Below are positions 13,657 to 26,940 of a DNA stretch of 64,000 nucleotides, piece by piece. The notes beneath the pieces are model-generated. The model worked only from the letters and a program-made list of their open reading frames with translations. It was not told the origin of the DNA and did no database searches. This stretch comes from Octopus vulgaris. Its lineage: Eukaryota. Each line of letters starts with the position of its first letter. The first letter of the stretch is position 1. The position numbers and the translations under genes are program-made. The stretch lies in the NCBI GenBank assembly GCA_951406725.2, contig OX597826.1, positions 36,270,001 through 36,334,000 on the forward strand. Direction: 5' to 3'.

Positions 13657-14960
13657 TAATTGTAAAGACAATGGAGAATGCATACACAGAATAATCGATG
13701 TATTTATTATAATAGTCAATTCATATTGACTACACTCGTTTCGGTTTCTTAAATTCATGTTTATGCAATTAAATTGTATTCTGAATTTGAAAAAGCAAAA
13801 CCCTTCATCAGGACAAAAATTGGCAGCTATTTATTTTCACATCCTAACGGATGGAGAGTTAATTCCAATTGAATTGTAGCATGTGTGCCTTGGATTCTGT
13901 TCTTAAAATAGATAGAAGTTGATTTTGACCTCACTGGACAAGGGATTGGTATAGTTCAGAAGAGCTAGGTCATGTTAATATTCACTCTTTTTGGTGATGC
14001 AAACCAGCTTTTTATAAGTTAACCCCACTTTTACCATTTGTACCATCCATCATCTTCATAATATATACTTCTACGCTCTTATTATTGGTAAAATTATAAA
14101 TCTAAGTGTGTACATATTCGCTAGTTTTATTTATTTATTCACTTATTTTTATTGTAAGAAGTTATATTATTTATTATTCATATACTTATTTACATAATAC
14201 TTGTTCATTTAATTAATTGTATAGAAGTACGATTCTTATGTATCATATATACAATGTTTATTTTGAGTAAAACCATTTAAATACAAAGAAAGTATATTTA
14301 ACTTATTATTGTATCGTTTAAACAGTGTTTATTTTAACTGAATCTATCTAAATTCAATAAATACATATTTAACTTTATGAACAAAGTCTCCTTCCCTTTT
14401 ATTAGTAGTATAATTTATTTACATATATTAGTTGATAGCTTGGGTTCCTACATTATTCGTCTATTGAATTAATAGTGTAGAAGCACAATTCCTAGCTATC
14501 CTAAAGTGTTTAATTTTTAACTAAAGCTATTTTAATTCAACAAAAAAATTATATTTATTTATAATTGAATTATTTACAGTGTCTATTTATTTATATTCAT
14601 TTCAATTTATTAAATGTATATTTAACTCTATGCACAAAACAAAATTCTCTTTCCCCCTTGCTGTTTAATTTGTGTTCTGATGTAAGAATTTGATAAATTT
14701 CCTCTACACAAAGCCACAGAAACCAAGAGGCACATGCTACAATTCAATTGGAATGAACTCACCATGTTAGAATGTGAAACAAAATAGCCGTCAATTTTTG
14801 CCTTGATGAAGGTTTTTGCTTTTACAAATTCGTAATGCAATTCAATTGATTAATATAGATTTAAGTAATAAAACGAAACAACTTAAGGCAATATGAATTT
14901 ACTATTATAATAAATACATTGATCATTCTGTGTTTGCGTTCTCCATTTTCTTTGCATTGT
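13657..14960. repeat. Diverged ~245-bp inverted repeat pair (13657-13900 / 14716-14960), each arm with a hammerhead-like motif
   Basis: Arms align as reverse complements (e.g. caattgaattgtagcatgtg / cacatgctacaattcaattg). Each has (C/T)TGATGA agg(g/t)ttt...aaac GAAA c. Confidence 0.7.
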
Positions 14961-15131
14961 TAAAATTCTTCTCCTATACCGAAATGATGGAAACGTTTAT
15001 AGTGGCAACTGGAATTTCAAAAGTGTAAAGTACTAATATCGAAGAAGAAACAATGATAAACACTCGTACATATACACATGTGGAAAGTCCATTATCATTA
15101 ATTGATATAGAGCACAGATTTATATTTATAG

Positions 15132-15286
<155 letters not shown>

Positions 15287-15294
15287 GGAAATAT

Positions 15295-15510
15295 TAAAAT
15301 TACTAAGTCTCTCTAAAGGATATTACGGCAGCGTTACTGGATATTAATAGTTGTCGCCATACTAATATGGCAGTCTATAAATAAGACTAAAGCTGTCGCT
15401 GATTAGCTCCAAGAGGCCATCGCCTCTAGATAGCTATATGACACACGAACCTGCATCCATTACAACATTCGAACAGGGGAGGTCAGCCGCTTCACCTTGC
15501 TAGTCAGACA
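15295..15510 (-). mobile_element. Structured non-coding domain downstream of the hammerhead (pLTR/retrozyme-like)
   Basis: Homologous to 28085-28238 and 58080-58303, with compensatory changes in three hairpins. Confidence 0.6.
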
Positions 15511-15511
15511 T

Positions 15512-15552
15512 CTGCAGACATGTTTCAGGGTTGTTGCCCTTTATCAATGCAG
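15512..15552 (-). ncRNA. Minimal type-I hammerhead ribozyme, U3-A8 core variant
   Basis: Minus strand: ctgca TTGATAA aggg-caacaa-ccct GAAA c-at-g TC tgcag. Stem I 5 bp, stem II 4 bp, GUC site, palindromic catg stem III. Confidence 0.75.
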
Positions 15553-15720
15553 CGTAGTCAGAACCAGATATATATGTCCATATATGTATATATATAAACA
15601 CACATACATATATCCATATATGTATATGTATATATATATATGTATATATATATATACATATATATACATATATATATATACCCATACATATATATACACG
15701 TACATATATGGATATATATA

Positions 15721-15752
<32 letters not shown>

Positions 15753-15833
15753 CATATAAATATATGGATATATGTATATCTGTGTTTATATATATACATA
15801 TAAGGACATATATATCTGTATATATATATATAT

Positions 15834-16092
15834 AGTGTTGTGTCTGGGGTGTCATTCTCTTTTAGTGTCTTATTTAACACACTCACCAGTTAAGTTTCCT
15901 CTCAATTACTAATTAATCTTTCCTAAAATTTTCGTTCCATCTTGCAACCTTTTCAATAGCCATTGACTATTGAAAATGTTGCAAGAAGCTGCGAAAATTT
16001 TAGAAAAAATTAATAAGTAAATGAGTGGAAACTTAACTGGTTAATGTATTAAATAAGACGCTAAAAGAGAATGACACCCCAGGCACAACACT
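15834..16092. repeat. ~260-bp foldback palindrome
   Basis: agtgttgtgtctggggtgtcattctcttttag ... ctaaaagagaatgacaccccaggcacaacact, centre tcaatagccattgactattga. Related pieces at 16103-16148, 24361-24405 and 25517-25560. Confidence 0.85.
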
Positions 16093-16795
16093 GTATAAAT
16101 GATAAGGCACTAAAAGTGAATGACTCCCTCCAAACACAACAAAATATGTAAAAGTATATATTAATATATATATCCATATGCTTATATGTAAGTGCGTGTG
16201 GTGGGTGTTGTGTGTGTGTTTCTACCAATGTCATTCATTCACAAAGCATTGTTCAGTTAGAGACTATCAAAAAATGACACCTTTCCAAAGTGTCATACCA
16301 TAGAACTGAACCCAGAACCTTGTTGTCACAAGGTGGAAAGTCTTACCTGCATTTATATAACATATAATATACACACTTATATACATTCATATATGTATAT
16401 ATGACTGTATATGTGTATGTATAGGTCTGTAGTATATATGTATGCATCTGCACGTAAATCTATAGATACGTGATTTATATTATTCATACATTGATATATC
16501 CCAGAACACCATCCATCAAAGACAAAAGTACTAAGAAACTAGAAACTCTGTCAGCAGTCCCCACCATTGCTGTTTATAAAAATGCTTATCTTGGAATATT
16601 TATTTTTAAAGGAGAACACCTCTTATGGAGAGCTTCATTTTTTATTCAAATAGTTTCAGTAAAATACACAACACAGCTGCATTCTTTTCTAAAATGTATG
16701 TTTCTGTGTTCTTACCTCTGCGTCTATTTGTATGAGTATTGAAGTGAGCAGACACATATCTACGTATATATATATATGAACATAACTATCTATCT

Positions 16796-16849
<54 letters not shown>

Positions 16850-16851
<2 letters not shown>

Positions 16852-17150
16852 TCAGCAGCAGCAGCATCGTTTGAGTTCATTTTCCTTGCTGGCATGGGTT
16901 GGACGGTTTGACTGGTGTCTGGGAAGCCAGGTGACCTCACCAGGCTTCAATCTGATCTGGCAATGTTTCTGTAGCTGGATGCCCTTCCTAACGCCAACGC
17001 CTCCGAGAGTGTAGTGGGTGCTTTTTACGATCCACCAGCGCAGGAGCCAGTTGGAGCAAGGGGTCTGGAATCGACCACGTTCGGACGGGGCTTTTTACAG
17101 GCCACTGGCATGGGGATCCAATCGGGCGGCACTGGCAATGACTCACGCAT
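16850..17150 (-). mobile_element. RTE-associated 3' region copy (diverged)
   Basis: gcatgggttggacggtttgactgg...ggatgcccttcctaacgccaac, same family as 1015-1420. Confidence 0.7.
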
Positions 17151-17204
17151 GAATGGTGATATATATATATATACACAGACACACACACACACATACATAT
17201 ATAG

Positions 17205-17685
17205 GTGAAGGTGTTGCTGTGTAGTAAGCAACATGGTTCCAGGTTCAGTCCCATAGCATGGCACCTTGGGCAAGTGTCTTCTATCATAATCTCAAAGGTT
17301 TTTGTGAGAAGATTTGGTGGACAGAAACTGAAGGAAACTGATTGTATACATACAAAGACACATACACGCAAAAACACACATATATATATGCATTGTGTCT
17401 ATGTTATATACATGTATGTATGTGTGTGTGTATGTATGTATGTATGTATGTATGTATGTATGTATGTATAGGAGTCTGTGTATCATTTTGTTTGCGTTTG
17501 ATCCTCCATCACTATTTGCAGTTTTGGTGTGCTTATATCCCTGTTCCTTAGTGGTTTGGCAATAAGTACCAAACCAAAATAGGAAATGTAATGGAATTGA
17601 TTCGTTTACCTAAAATTCTTCAGGAGAGGGTCCCAGCATGGCCACAGTCTAATGACTAAAAATAGTAAAAGATAAAAGATAAATG
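17205..17685 (+). mobile_element. SINE family A (diverged)
   Basis: ccaggttcagtcccatagcatggcaccttgggcaagtgtcttct...cccagcatggccacagtctaatgact. Confidence 0.7.
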
Positions 17686-17928
17686 TGTGTATTTGTGTGT
17701 GTGTTTTATAGACACGCACCCATGTATGTCTGAAGAAATAAATGATTTTGTATATACATATTCATATGTGTGTGTATGTGTGTGTGAGTGTATACTTTTC
17801 TCTTTCTCACTTTTCCCATTTCAATCTTCTTTATGCACCATTTTACCTACCCACGTATAAATATGGCAAAGAAATGCAGCTTATTCTACTAAGCCCTACT
17901 CACTTTCTATACAGGTAGACATAAAACA

Positions 17929-18001
<73 letters not shown>

Positions 18002-18149
18002 GATTGTCTCTTATAATATATGCATTATATGTGTTATATACATACGTATATACATCCATATGTGTATATATATATATATAAACATATATATATGTATGTA
18101 TGTATAAATGTATATATGTATGTATATAACATACATATAGTGCATATGT

Positions 18150-18453
18150 GGAGGCGCAATGGCCCAGTGGTTAGGGCAGCGGACTCGCGGTCGTACGATC
18201 GCGGTTTCGATTCCCAGACCGGGCGTTGTGAGTGTTTATTGAGCGAAAACACATAAAAAGCTCCACGTGGCTCTGGCAGGGTGTGGTGGCGATCCCTGCT
18301 GTACTCTTTCGCCACAACTTTCTTTTATTCTTTCTTCTGTTGGCCTGCTCGCTTAGCCAGTGGGGTGGCGTCATTTGAAGACTAAAACAATGCGAACGCA
18401 TTGTGACCAGCGATGTGTAACAACATCTGATGGTCTGGTCGGTCACGTGATAT
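18150..18453 (+). mobile_element. tRNA-derived SINE family C (CpG-rich, young)
   Basis: ggcgcaatggcccagtggttagggcagcggactcgcggtcgtacgatcgcggtttcgattccc (A and B boxes). Garbled second copy at ~20425-20675. Confidence 0.8.
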
Positions 18454-18459
18454 AGTGCA

Positions 18460-18706
18460 TATTATAATAAAGTCTCTGGTGCTGTATTTCACTCTCCCTC
18501 ATATTACCCCTTTCCCAAATTACATGTCTGTTAGTCTCTCCCCTCTCACCATCTTCCAAAACTTTTGTCATGAACCCAGCCAAAATCCCCAATCCATGTT
18601 GCCGTACCAGATGATGGGGCCACACATTGTGATACACATATACTCCAGCAGAGCAATAATAATTTTCCCCTGATGAGCTCCCAATAAAGTGGGAAATGTG
18701 TCAAGG
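18460..18706 (+). mobile_element. Decayed PLE endonuclease 3' end plus CpG-decayed hammerhead
   Basis: LVLYFTLPHITPFPNYMSVSL resembles PVAxHFNLPxH..MSV. ccc CTGATGA gctccc aataaagt gg GAAA tgtg TC aagg at 18667-18706. Confidence 0.5.
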
Positions 18707-18969
18707 CAAACTCCTTAATATTTCTATGTTTGAAGAGAATAGCTACATGTATTTACATCTGTTTAAAAAGACATAACATGTTTTTTGAAACACAGTACCC
18801 CCAGAAGAAATACTATTTCGAATGAATACTACAGTGAATTTGTATTCTTGCGATATATTTACATTATGTATGATACATAGATGGCTATTTTAATCTAATC
18901 TACTGCGCATAACAAATACATATACATGAATAAATATATATGTATATATGTATAAATATATATATACAG

Positions 18970-19160
<191 letters not shown>

Positions 19161-19600
19161 ATACAATACATACACACACACACATACACGCACACATACA
19201 CACATGTTCTCACTCACATACACATATGGAAATATTTAAAATTTCCGCAGTTCATATATACCTAATTTTATCTACTACAGGGAATATATATTTTTTTTCC
19301 TCTGCAATTCTCTTTGAAAGTTGTATTTTTAATCAAGAACTGTGCAACAGGTGTCAGGAAAACTTGAAATAATCTTTCCCACAGGAATTCACACTAATAA
19401 AAATGATACAAACTTATTGGAAAATATCAAATTTCATTTCTTTCCATTTTTTTCATCTTTTTTCTTTATATTCTCATTAGCACCTTTGCTTTTAAGTGTC
19501 TTCTATCATAATCTCGTGTGTAAAGTGTGTCTCTCTATTTATTTGTCTGTATACATCATATGTATGTGTGTGTGTGTGTATATACATAAATGTATGTATA

Positions 19601-19631
<31 letters not shown>

Positions 19632-20759
19632 GTAAATATATGTATGTATGTATATATATATATATGTGTGTGTGTATATATATATATATATATGTGTGTG
19701 TGTATGTATGTATGTATATATATGTGTGTGTGTGTAGGCATGTGCATATCTGTATGCATATATGCATGTATAGATATATGTTGATACATATTTATCAACA
19801 TATATATGCAAGCATACATACACCTGTATATCTATATACCCTGCCACACACATATATATATATAAGACACGCACACACACACACACATACACACACGCAC
19901 ACATATACAAACACAAATATATATATATATATTTCAATTCATACAAGATTGAAAACAATTTCTTTTGAAGTACCAGTGTTTGTTCTTGCTTGCTGTTCTT
20001 GTTGTTCTTTGTCTCCTTATAATTATTATTGTTGTTGTTGTTGCTGTTGTTGTTGTTTCTTATTATTTAATTACTTTATTCTTTTTCTCGAAAAGGAAAA
20101 AAAAAAAGAAGTTCTCCAGCAGTTTCTATGAAATTATTTTGAGAAGATAATAATATTGCAAGTGAAAATAAAAATAAAAAATAAAATCAAATCACGGATA
20201 GGAAGCAAACTCGATTCAATATATAGGTTATTGATATGGGTCGTTAGTTCAACATTGGTGGTTGTGTCAAGTTGTCTTTATTTATTTTGTTCTGTCTGTT
20301 TGTTCCGTTGTTTGTTAAACGGACTATATACATCCATATGTGTATATATTATATATATAAACATATATATATGTATGTATGTATAAATGTATATATGTAT
20401 GATATAAATTATATAGTTATATGTAATGGTGGTGGTTAGGTGGGCATCGCGGTCGTACGATCGCGTTTCGATTCCCAGACCGGGCGTTGTGAGTGTTTAT
20501 TGAGCGAAAACACATAAAGCTGTGGCTCTGGCAGGGTGTGGTGGCGATCCCTGCTGTACTCTTTCTAACTTTCTTTTATTTTCTTCTGTTGGCCTGCTCG
20601 CTTAGCCAGTGGGGTGGCGTCATTTAAAGATGTATTTGAGAAAATGTGCATCGATGTGTAACAACATCTGATATTGGTGTGTATATATATAGACCGGATA
20701 TTAACATATATTATAATGAGCTCTGTTGTATGAACACTGTAAAATTATTTACATGGACC

Positions 20760-21352
20760 AAGAAATTGTATAACATATATCAAAAAATATAACATGACTC
20801 AAGAAATGTATAATGTGTCAAGAAATTATAAACATCAAGAAATGGTATAACATAGACATCAAGAAATGGTATTACATGGATATCAAGAAATGATATAACA
20901 TAGACATCAAGAAATGGTATAACATGGACATCAAGAAATGGTATAACATGGATATCAAGAAATGGTATAACATGGACATCAAGAAATGGTATAACATGGA
21001 TATCAAAAATAGTATAACATGGACATCAAGAAATGGTATAACATGGATATCAAAAATGGTATTACATGGACATCAAGAAATGGTATAACATGGATATCAA
21101 GAAATGGTATAACATGGACATCAAGAAATGGTATAACATGGACATCAAGAAATGGTATAACATAGACATCAAGAAATGGTATTACATGGATATCAAGAAA
21201 TGGTATAACATAGACATCAAGAAATGGTATAACATGGACATCAAGAAATGGTATAACATGGATATCAAGAAATGGTATAACATAGACATCAAGAAATGGT
21301 ATAACATGGACATCAAGAAATGGTATAACATGGATATCAAGAAGTGGTATAC
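20760..21352. repeat. 24-bp minisatellite (catcaagaaatggtataacatgga)n, >20 units
   Basis: Directly visible; gives the MDIKKWYN ORF. Confidence 0.95.
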
Positions 21353-21658
21353 TACAGGGAATATATATTTTTTTTCCTCTGCAATTCTCTTTGAAAGTTG
21401 TATTTTTAATCAAGAACTGTGCAACAGGTGTCAGGAAAACTTGAAATAATCTTTCCCACAGGAATTCACACTAATAAAAATGATACAAACTTATTGGAAA
21501 ATTCATTTCTTCCATATGTTTCATCATTCATCCTTATACCTTTGAAAAGAATCTTTCTTTTTTATTTGGTTTAAGATTCTTTTATATATTCGTGTGTTGG
21601 CGTATTCTGTATGTGTCTATATCATTTATCTTTTGTGTATATAATGTATATATATATG

Positions 21659-21694
<36 letters not shown>

Positions 21695-21894
21695 TATATA
21701 TATATATATGTTGCGTGTTGATATATATATATATATATGTGTGTTATGTATATATATATATTATAGATATATGCATATAATATAGATATATGTTGATACA
21801 TATTTATCAACATATATATCTACATACAATATCTATATACCCTGAAATATTACATGACATGTGAAAGGCACACACACACACACATACACACACG

Positions 21895-22010
21895 CACGCT
21901 GATGGCATAGATCGAGGAAGTGTTTGAAGATCTTCCCAGGGACACAGTGAAGAATGAATGCACAATTTTCCGAGGGTAGCCATCTTGAGGCCATGCTGTA
22001 AACTTGCTTG
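21895..22010 (+). mobile_element. maT/Tc1 transposase C-terminal fragment
   Basis: LMA*IEEVFEDLPRDTVKNECTIFR..LEAML resembles the C-terminal helix seen in the element at 1-1002. Confidence 0.5.
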
Positions 22011-22404
22011 CTGTTCTTGAGTAAATTATTTTGTCCCAGCCATAATCATCTATTTGATAATTTTTCGATTTTTGAAAAATACTTTTTATTTTTGGATTGG
22101 TTATCGTGTTTTCTCTACCTTTTATGCAAAGTAGTTCTCCAGCAGTTTCTATGAAATTATTTTGAGAAGATAATAATATTGCAAGTGAAAATAAAAATAA
22201 AAAATAAAATCAAATCACGGATAGGAAGCAAACTCGATTCAATATATAGGTTATTGATATGGGTCGTTAGTTCAACATTGGTGGTTGTGTCAAGTTGTCT
22301 TTATTTATTTTGTTCTGTCTGTTTGTTCCGTTGTTTGTTAAACGGACTTATACAATTGGATATTGTTTGCTACTACGCAAGGGATTATTGAAGGGTCCAA
22401 ACAC

Positions 22405-23280
22405 AGCAGGCTGTACCAGGCTCCAGTCTGATCTGGCAGTATTTCTACAGCTGGATGCCCTTCCTAACACCAACCACTCCATGAGTGTAGTGGGTGCTTT
22501 TACGTGCCACCGGCACAGGGACCAGAGGAAGCTGGCAACGGCCACAATCGGTTGGTGCTTTTTACATGCCACCAGCAGGGAAGCCAGTCAAGGCGGCGCT
22601 GGCATCGGTTAAGTTCGGTTGGTGCTTTTTACGTGCCATCGGCATGGGTATCACAACTACAATTCCATTTGATTTTTATTTTGATGTTGATGTACTTGCC
22701 TCAATAGGTCTCATCAAGCACAGCAGGTTGCCCTACGATCCAACGTAAGCACAGCAGGTCATTCTACGATCTAGTTATGTGAAGCAGGTGTAGGATACGC
22801 CATGTACTCACTTTATTTGTCTGGTTTTCGCAGTCACAGCATATCTCCAGAGGTCTTGGTCTTTTGATATTGCCTCTGTGAGGCCCAACGTTCGAAGGTC
22901 ATGCTTGATCACCTCATCCTATGTCTTCCTAGGTCTACCTCTACCTCGGATTCCTTCAACCGTTTGAGAGTGGCACTTCTTCACACATCTCCCCTTATCC
23001 ATCCGCAGTACATGACCATACCAGCGCAAACGTCTCTCTTGCACACCACATCCGATGCCTCTTATGTCCAACATTTCTCTCATGGCGCTTATACTCTGCC
23101 ATGTGTCCACACTGACATTACACATCCAGCAGATCATGCTAGCTACATTTCTTTCGAGCCTACGCATGTCCTCCACAGTCATGGCTCATGTTTCACTACC
23201 GTGAAGCATGGCAGTTCGCACATATGCATCGTACAATCTAATTTTCACTCTGAGCGAGACACCCTTTGTCACCAGTAGGG
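22405..23280 (-). mobile_element. RTE-clade LINE 3' fragment (ORF end plus 3' UTR)
   Basis: MTVEDMRRLERN..ERRLRWYGHVLRMDK..VEGIRGRGRPRKT*DEVIKHDLRTLGLTEA..DLWRYAV, then UTR with ggtggcacgtaaaagcacc repeats. Confidence 0.9.
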
Positions 23281-23285
23281 GGTAG

Positions 23286-23712
23286 AATGGATATCAAAAA
23301 TGGTATAACATGGATCAAGAAATGGTATAACATGGTCAAGAAATGGTATGTATATATGTATGGTATTACATGGATATAGATAGTATATGTATAGACATCA
23401 AGAAATGATATAACATAGAGTAGTATGGTATAACATGGACATCAAAGAAATGGTATAAACATCATATCAAGAATGGTATAACATGGACATCAGAAATGGT
23501 ATGTATATAGTATAACATGATATCAAGAAATGGTATAACATGGATATATAATGGACATCAAAAATGGACATCAAGAAATGGTATAACATGGACATCACAT
23601 CGTTTGGACATCAAGAATGGTATAACATAGACATCAATTATTACATGGATACAGATGGTATATAGTCAAGAAATGGTAGAACAGAATGGTATAACAAATG
23701 GTTATATCAAGA
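23286..23712. repeat. Garbled second array of the 24-bp minisatellite
   Basis: Broken aagaaatggtataacatggacatc units. Confidence 0.8.
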
Positions 23713-23834
23713 AATTGTTTTGCATGGCACAGTGTCTGGCCGTATTAGACACATGTAGAAGCTCACAGGCACATACACGCATCAAGACGTTCTTGTAATG
23801 TGTATGTCTGCCTGTGTGTATATGTGTGCAAGTG

Positions 23835-24155
23835 AGGGCGCGTGGCTTAGTGGTTAGGGCATTCGGCTCATGATCGTAAGGTTGTGAGTTCGATTCCCGG
23901 CGACGCGTTGTGTCCTTGAGCAAGACACTTTATTTCACGTTGCTCCAGTCCACTCAGCTGGCAAAAATGAGTTGTACTTGTATTTCAAAGGGTCAGCCTT
24001 GTCACTCTCTGTGTCACGCTGGTTATCCCCGAGAACTACGTTAAGGGTACACGTGTCTGTGGAATGCTCAGCCATTTGCACGTTAATTTCACGAGCAAGC
24101 TGTTCCGTTCATCGTATCAGCTGGGACCCTCGTCGTCATAACCGGCGGAGTCTTT
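23835..24155 (+). mobile_element. tRNA-derived CORE-like SINE family D
   Basis: gggcgcgtggcttagtggttaggg...gagttcgattcccgg...ccttgagcaagacacttt. Duplicated at ~25045-25310. Confidence 0.8.
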
Positions 24156-24708
24156 TTAATATGTGTGCATGTGTATATGTGAGTGCATGTGTGAGATATG
24201 TGTGTGTATGTATGTATAGATATGTGTGTGTAATTGTAGTGTTTAGAATGTTGCAATGACTGAAAGAGGATCAAAACTTTTGCATAGAAGTTACAAAATG
24301 TTTTATATTCTTACACACACACATCAATACACACACACACACATATACAATTATATGTATGAGGCACTAAAAGAGAATGACACTCCCAAGACACAACAGA
24401 ATATGCTTCGACACACGAACACACATAAAGAATCTTACAGTCAGTGCTATCCAAGGAAAAGGCAAAGGCCGATACAGCTTGGCACCTGTGATGACGCAAC
24501 GCATTTCTACAGTCAAGTAAACTGGTGCAACGTGACATAAACTTGCAAGAATACAACACACAGATCTCTCACGGGATTCAAACACCAACCTCGGAACAGT
24601 CAAGCTACAGGATCAAGTACAACCAAGCTGAGCCATCGCCTTCACTTTAATATTTGGTCGTGTTTAACACAGAATATAACTATCATGTGTATATGATGTA
24701 TGTATTCT

Positions 24709-24893
<185 letters not shown>

Positions 24894-25589
24894 TACTGTT
24901 ATTGCTTTTATTTTTTTTTTTGACATTTTTTTTATATCTTTTGTGGTCTGAGTGGTGGTGGTGGTGGTGGTTGGTTATTTTTTTTTTTTTGTCTGTATTT
25001 TTTTTTAATTGTATGTGTATGTGTGTGTGTGTGTATATGTTTTTATCGTAAGGTTGTGAGTTGTCCTTGAGCAAGACACTTTATTTCACGTTGCTCCAGT
25101 CCACTCAGCTGGCAAAAATGAGTTGTACTTGTATTTCAAAGGGTCAGTCAGTCTTGTCACTCTCTGTGTCACGCTGGTTATCCCCGAGAACTACGTTAAG
25201 GGTACACGTGTCTGTGGAATGCTCAGCCATTTGCACGTTAATTTCACGAGCAAGCTGTTCCGTTCATCGTATCAGCTGGGACCCTCGTCGTCATAACCGG
25301 CGGAGTCTTTTTAATATGTGTGCATGTGTATATGTGAGTGCATGTGTGAGATATGTGTGTGTATGTATGTATAGATATGTGTGTGTAATTGTAGTGTTTA
25401 GAATGTTGCAATGACTGAAAGAGGATCAAAACTTTTGCATAGAAGTTACAAAATGTTTTATATTCTTACACACACACATCAATACACACACACACACATA
25501 TACAATTATATGTATGAGGCACTAAAAGAGAATGACACTCCCAAGACACAACAGAATATGCTTCGACACACGAACACACATAAAGAATC

Positions 25590-25797
25590 TTACAGTCAGT
25601 GCTATCCAAGGAAAAGGCAAAGGCCGATACAGCTTGGCACCTGTGATGACGCAACGCATTTCTACAGTCAAGTAAACTGGTGCAACGTGAAATAAACTGT
25701 CTTTCTCAAGAATACAACACACAGTCTGGTCCGGGATTCAAACTCACAACCTCGCGTTCGTAAGCTCGACGCTCTAACCACTGAGCCATGCGCCTTC
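25590..25797 (-). mobile_element. tRNA-derived CORE-like SINE
   Basis: Minus strand: gaaggcgcatggctcagtggttagagcgtcgagcttacgaacgcgaggttgtgagtttgaatcccgg. Relatives at 49224 and 50406. Confidence 0.75.
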
Positions 25798-25806
25798 ACT
25801 TTTATT

Positions 25807-25935
<129 letters not shown>

Positions 25936-26899
25936 CATACTCACACACATATTTACAGAAGAAAGAATACGTTGGAAACAGTTTAATAATTTAATCAGCA
26001 ATTTCGTTTTATTTAATATCAAATTACATCTGTATAAATATATATACATATGTCTGTGTACATACAGATATCATGATAGCAATAAACACTGTCAGAGAGT
26101 CATACAAAAATACCTGCAAACACACACACACACACACACACATGTGCACACTCACATACACTCATGTACATGCACTCCTGTATATACGCATACACAGACA
26201 TAAACGCATATACAAATATTCATAAATACATATAAATGCCTACAAATAAATACACCATCAATTTTAATATAAATATCCTTTACATCAGATCAAATTTGAC
26301 ACCTTTTATTTTTGATTGTCACAATGTAAAGAAATTATAGATCGGATATACCTAAAGATCATCTGATGGTATTGATATATTATCAGTTTGATCAGGAGCT
26401 GCTGTTGTGGTTGCTGTTTTCATATATCAATGTCATCAGGTGATAACATTGATATTTTCACTGTCATGTGTATTTATCCTATCTTATATTTATAGCGTAT
26501 TTGTATGATTATACAGAAAATCTTTTATTGTCTTGTATTACTGAGGTTCTGGGCAAAACCCATGAAAGTTCTACAGGTTTTGCTTGTGAAAATAGAGAAT
26601 TTTAGTTGTAAGTTACTGTTGTGATTGTGGCAGGCAAGTCAGGTTAGAGAACGAGAGAAAAGGATGGAGGAAGTTGTAACAATTGTTAGCTGAGGTGATA
26701 GCAGTGAAAGTATGGGGAAGCACACACACACACACACATATATATACATACAGTTTTTTCAAATTCCCATTCAAACATGTGTATCTCATGTATTCTCAGT
26801 CAAAATGGAGGTGAGTGTACAAACACTTCCATGTGACACACTTGGACAGTTGTGAAGATCTCTTAAGTAATCATTGGTTGCTTTGTTAACTCTCAAATA

Positions 26900-26940
<41 letters not shown>

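Noticed and set aside
15380-15480. HDV-like ribozyme or SECIS reading of the conserved hairpin (gctaa after a stem)
   Set aside because: Could not build P1/P2/P3 pairings. SECIS spacing is wrong and it would be on the opposite strand.
18150-18225. Genuine tRNA genes here and at 23835 and 25725
   Set aside because: No closed acceptor stem, and each continues into a SINE body.
20760-21352. CRISPR-like array or repeat protein
   Set aside because: Head-to-tail units with no unique spacers, eukaryotic context, no cas genes.
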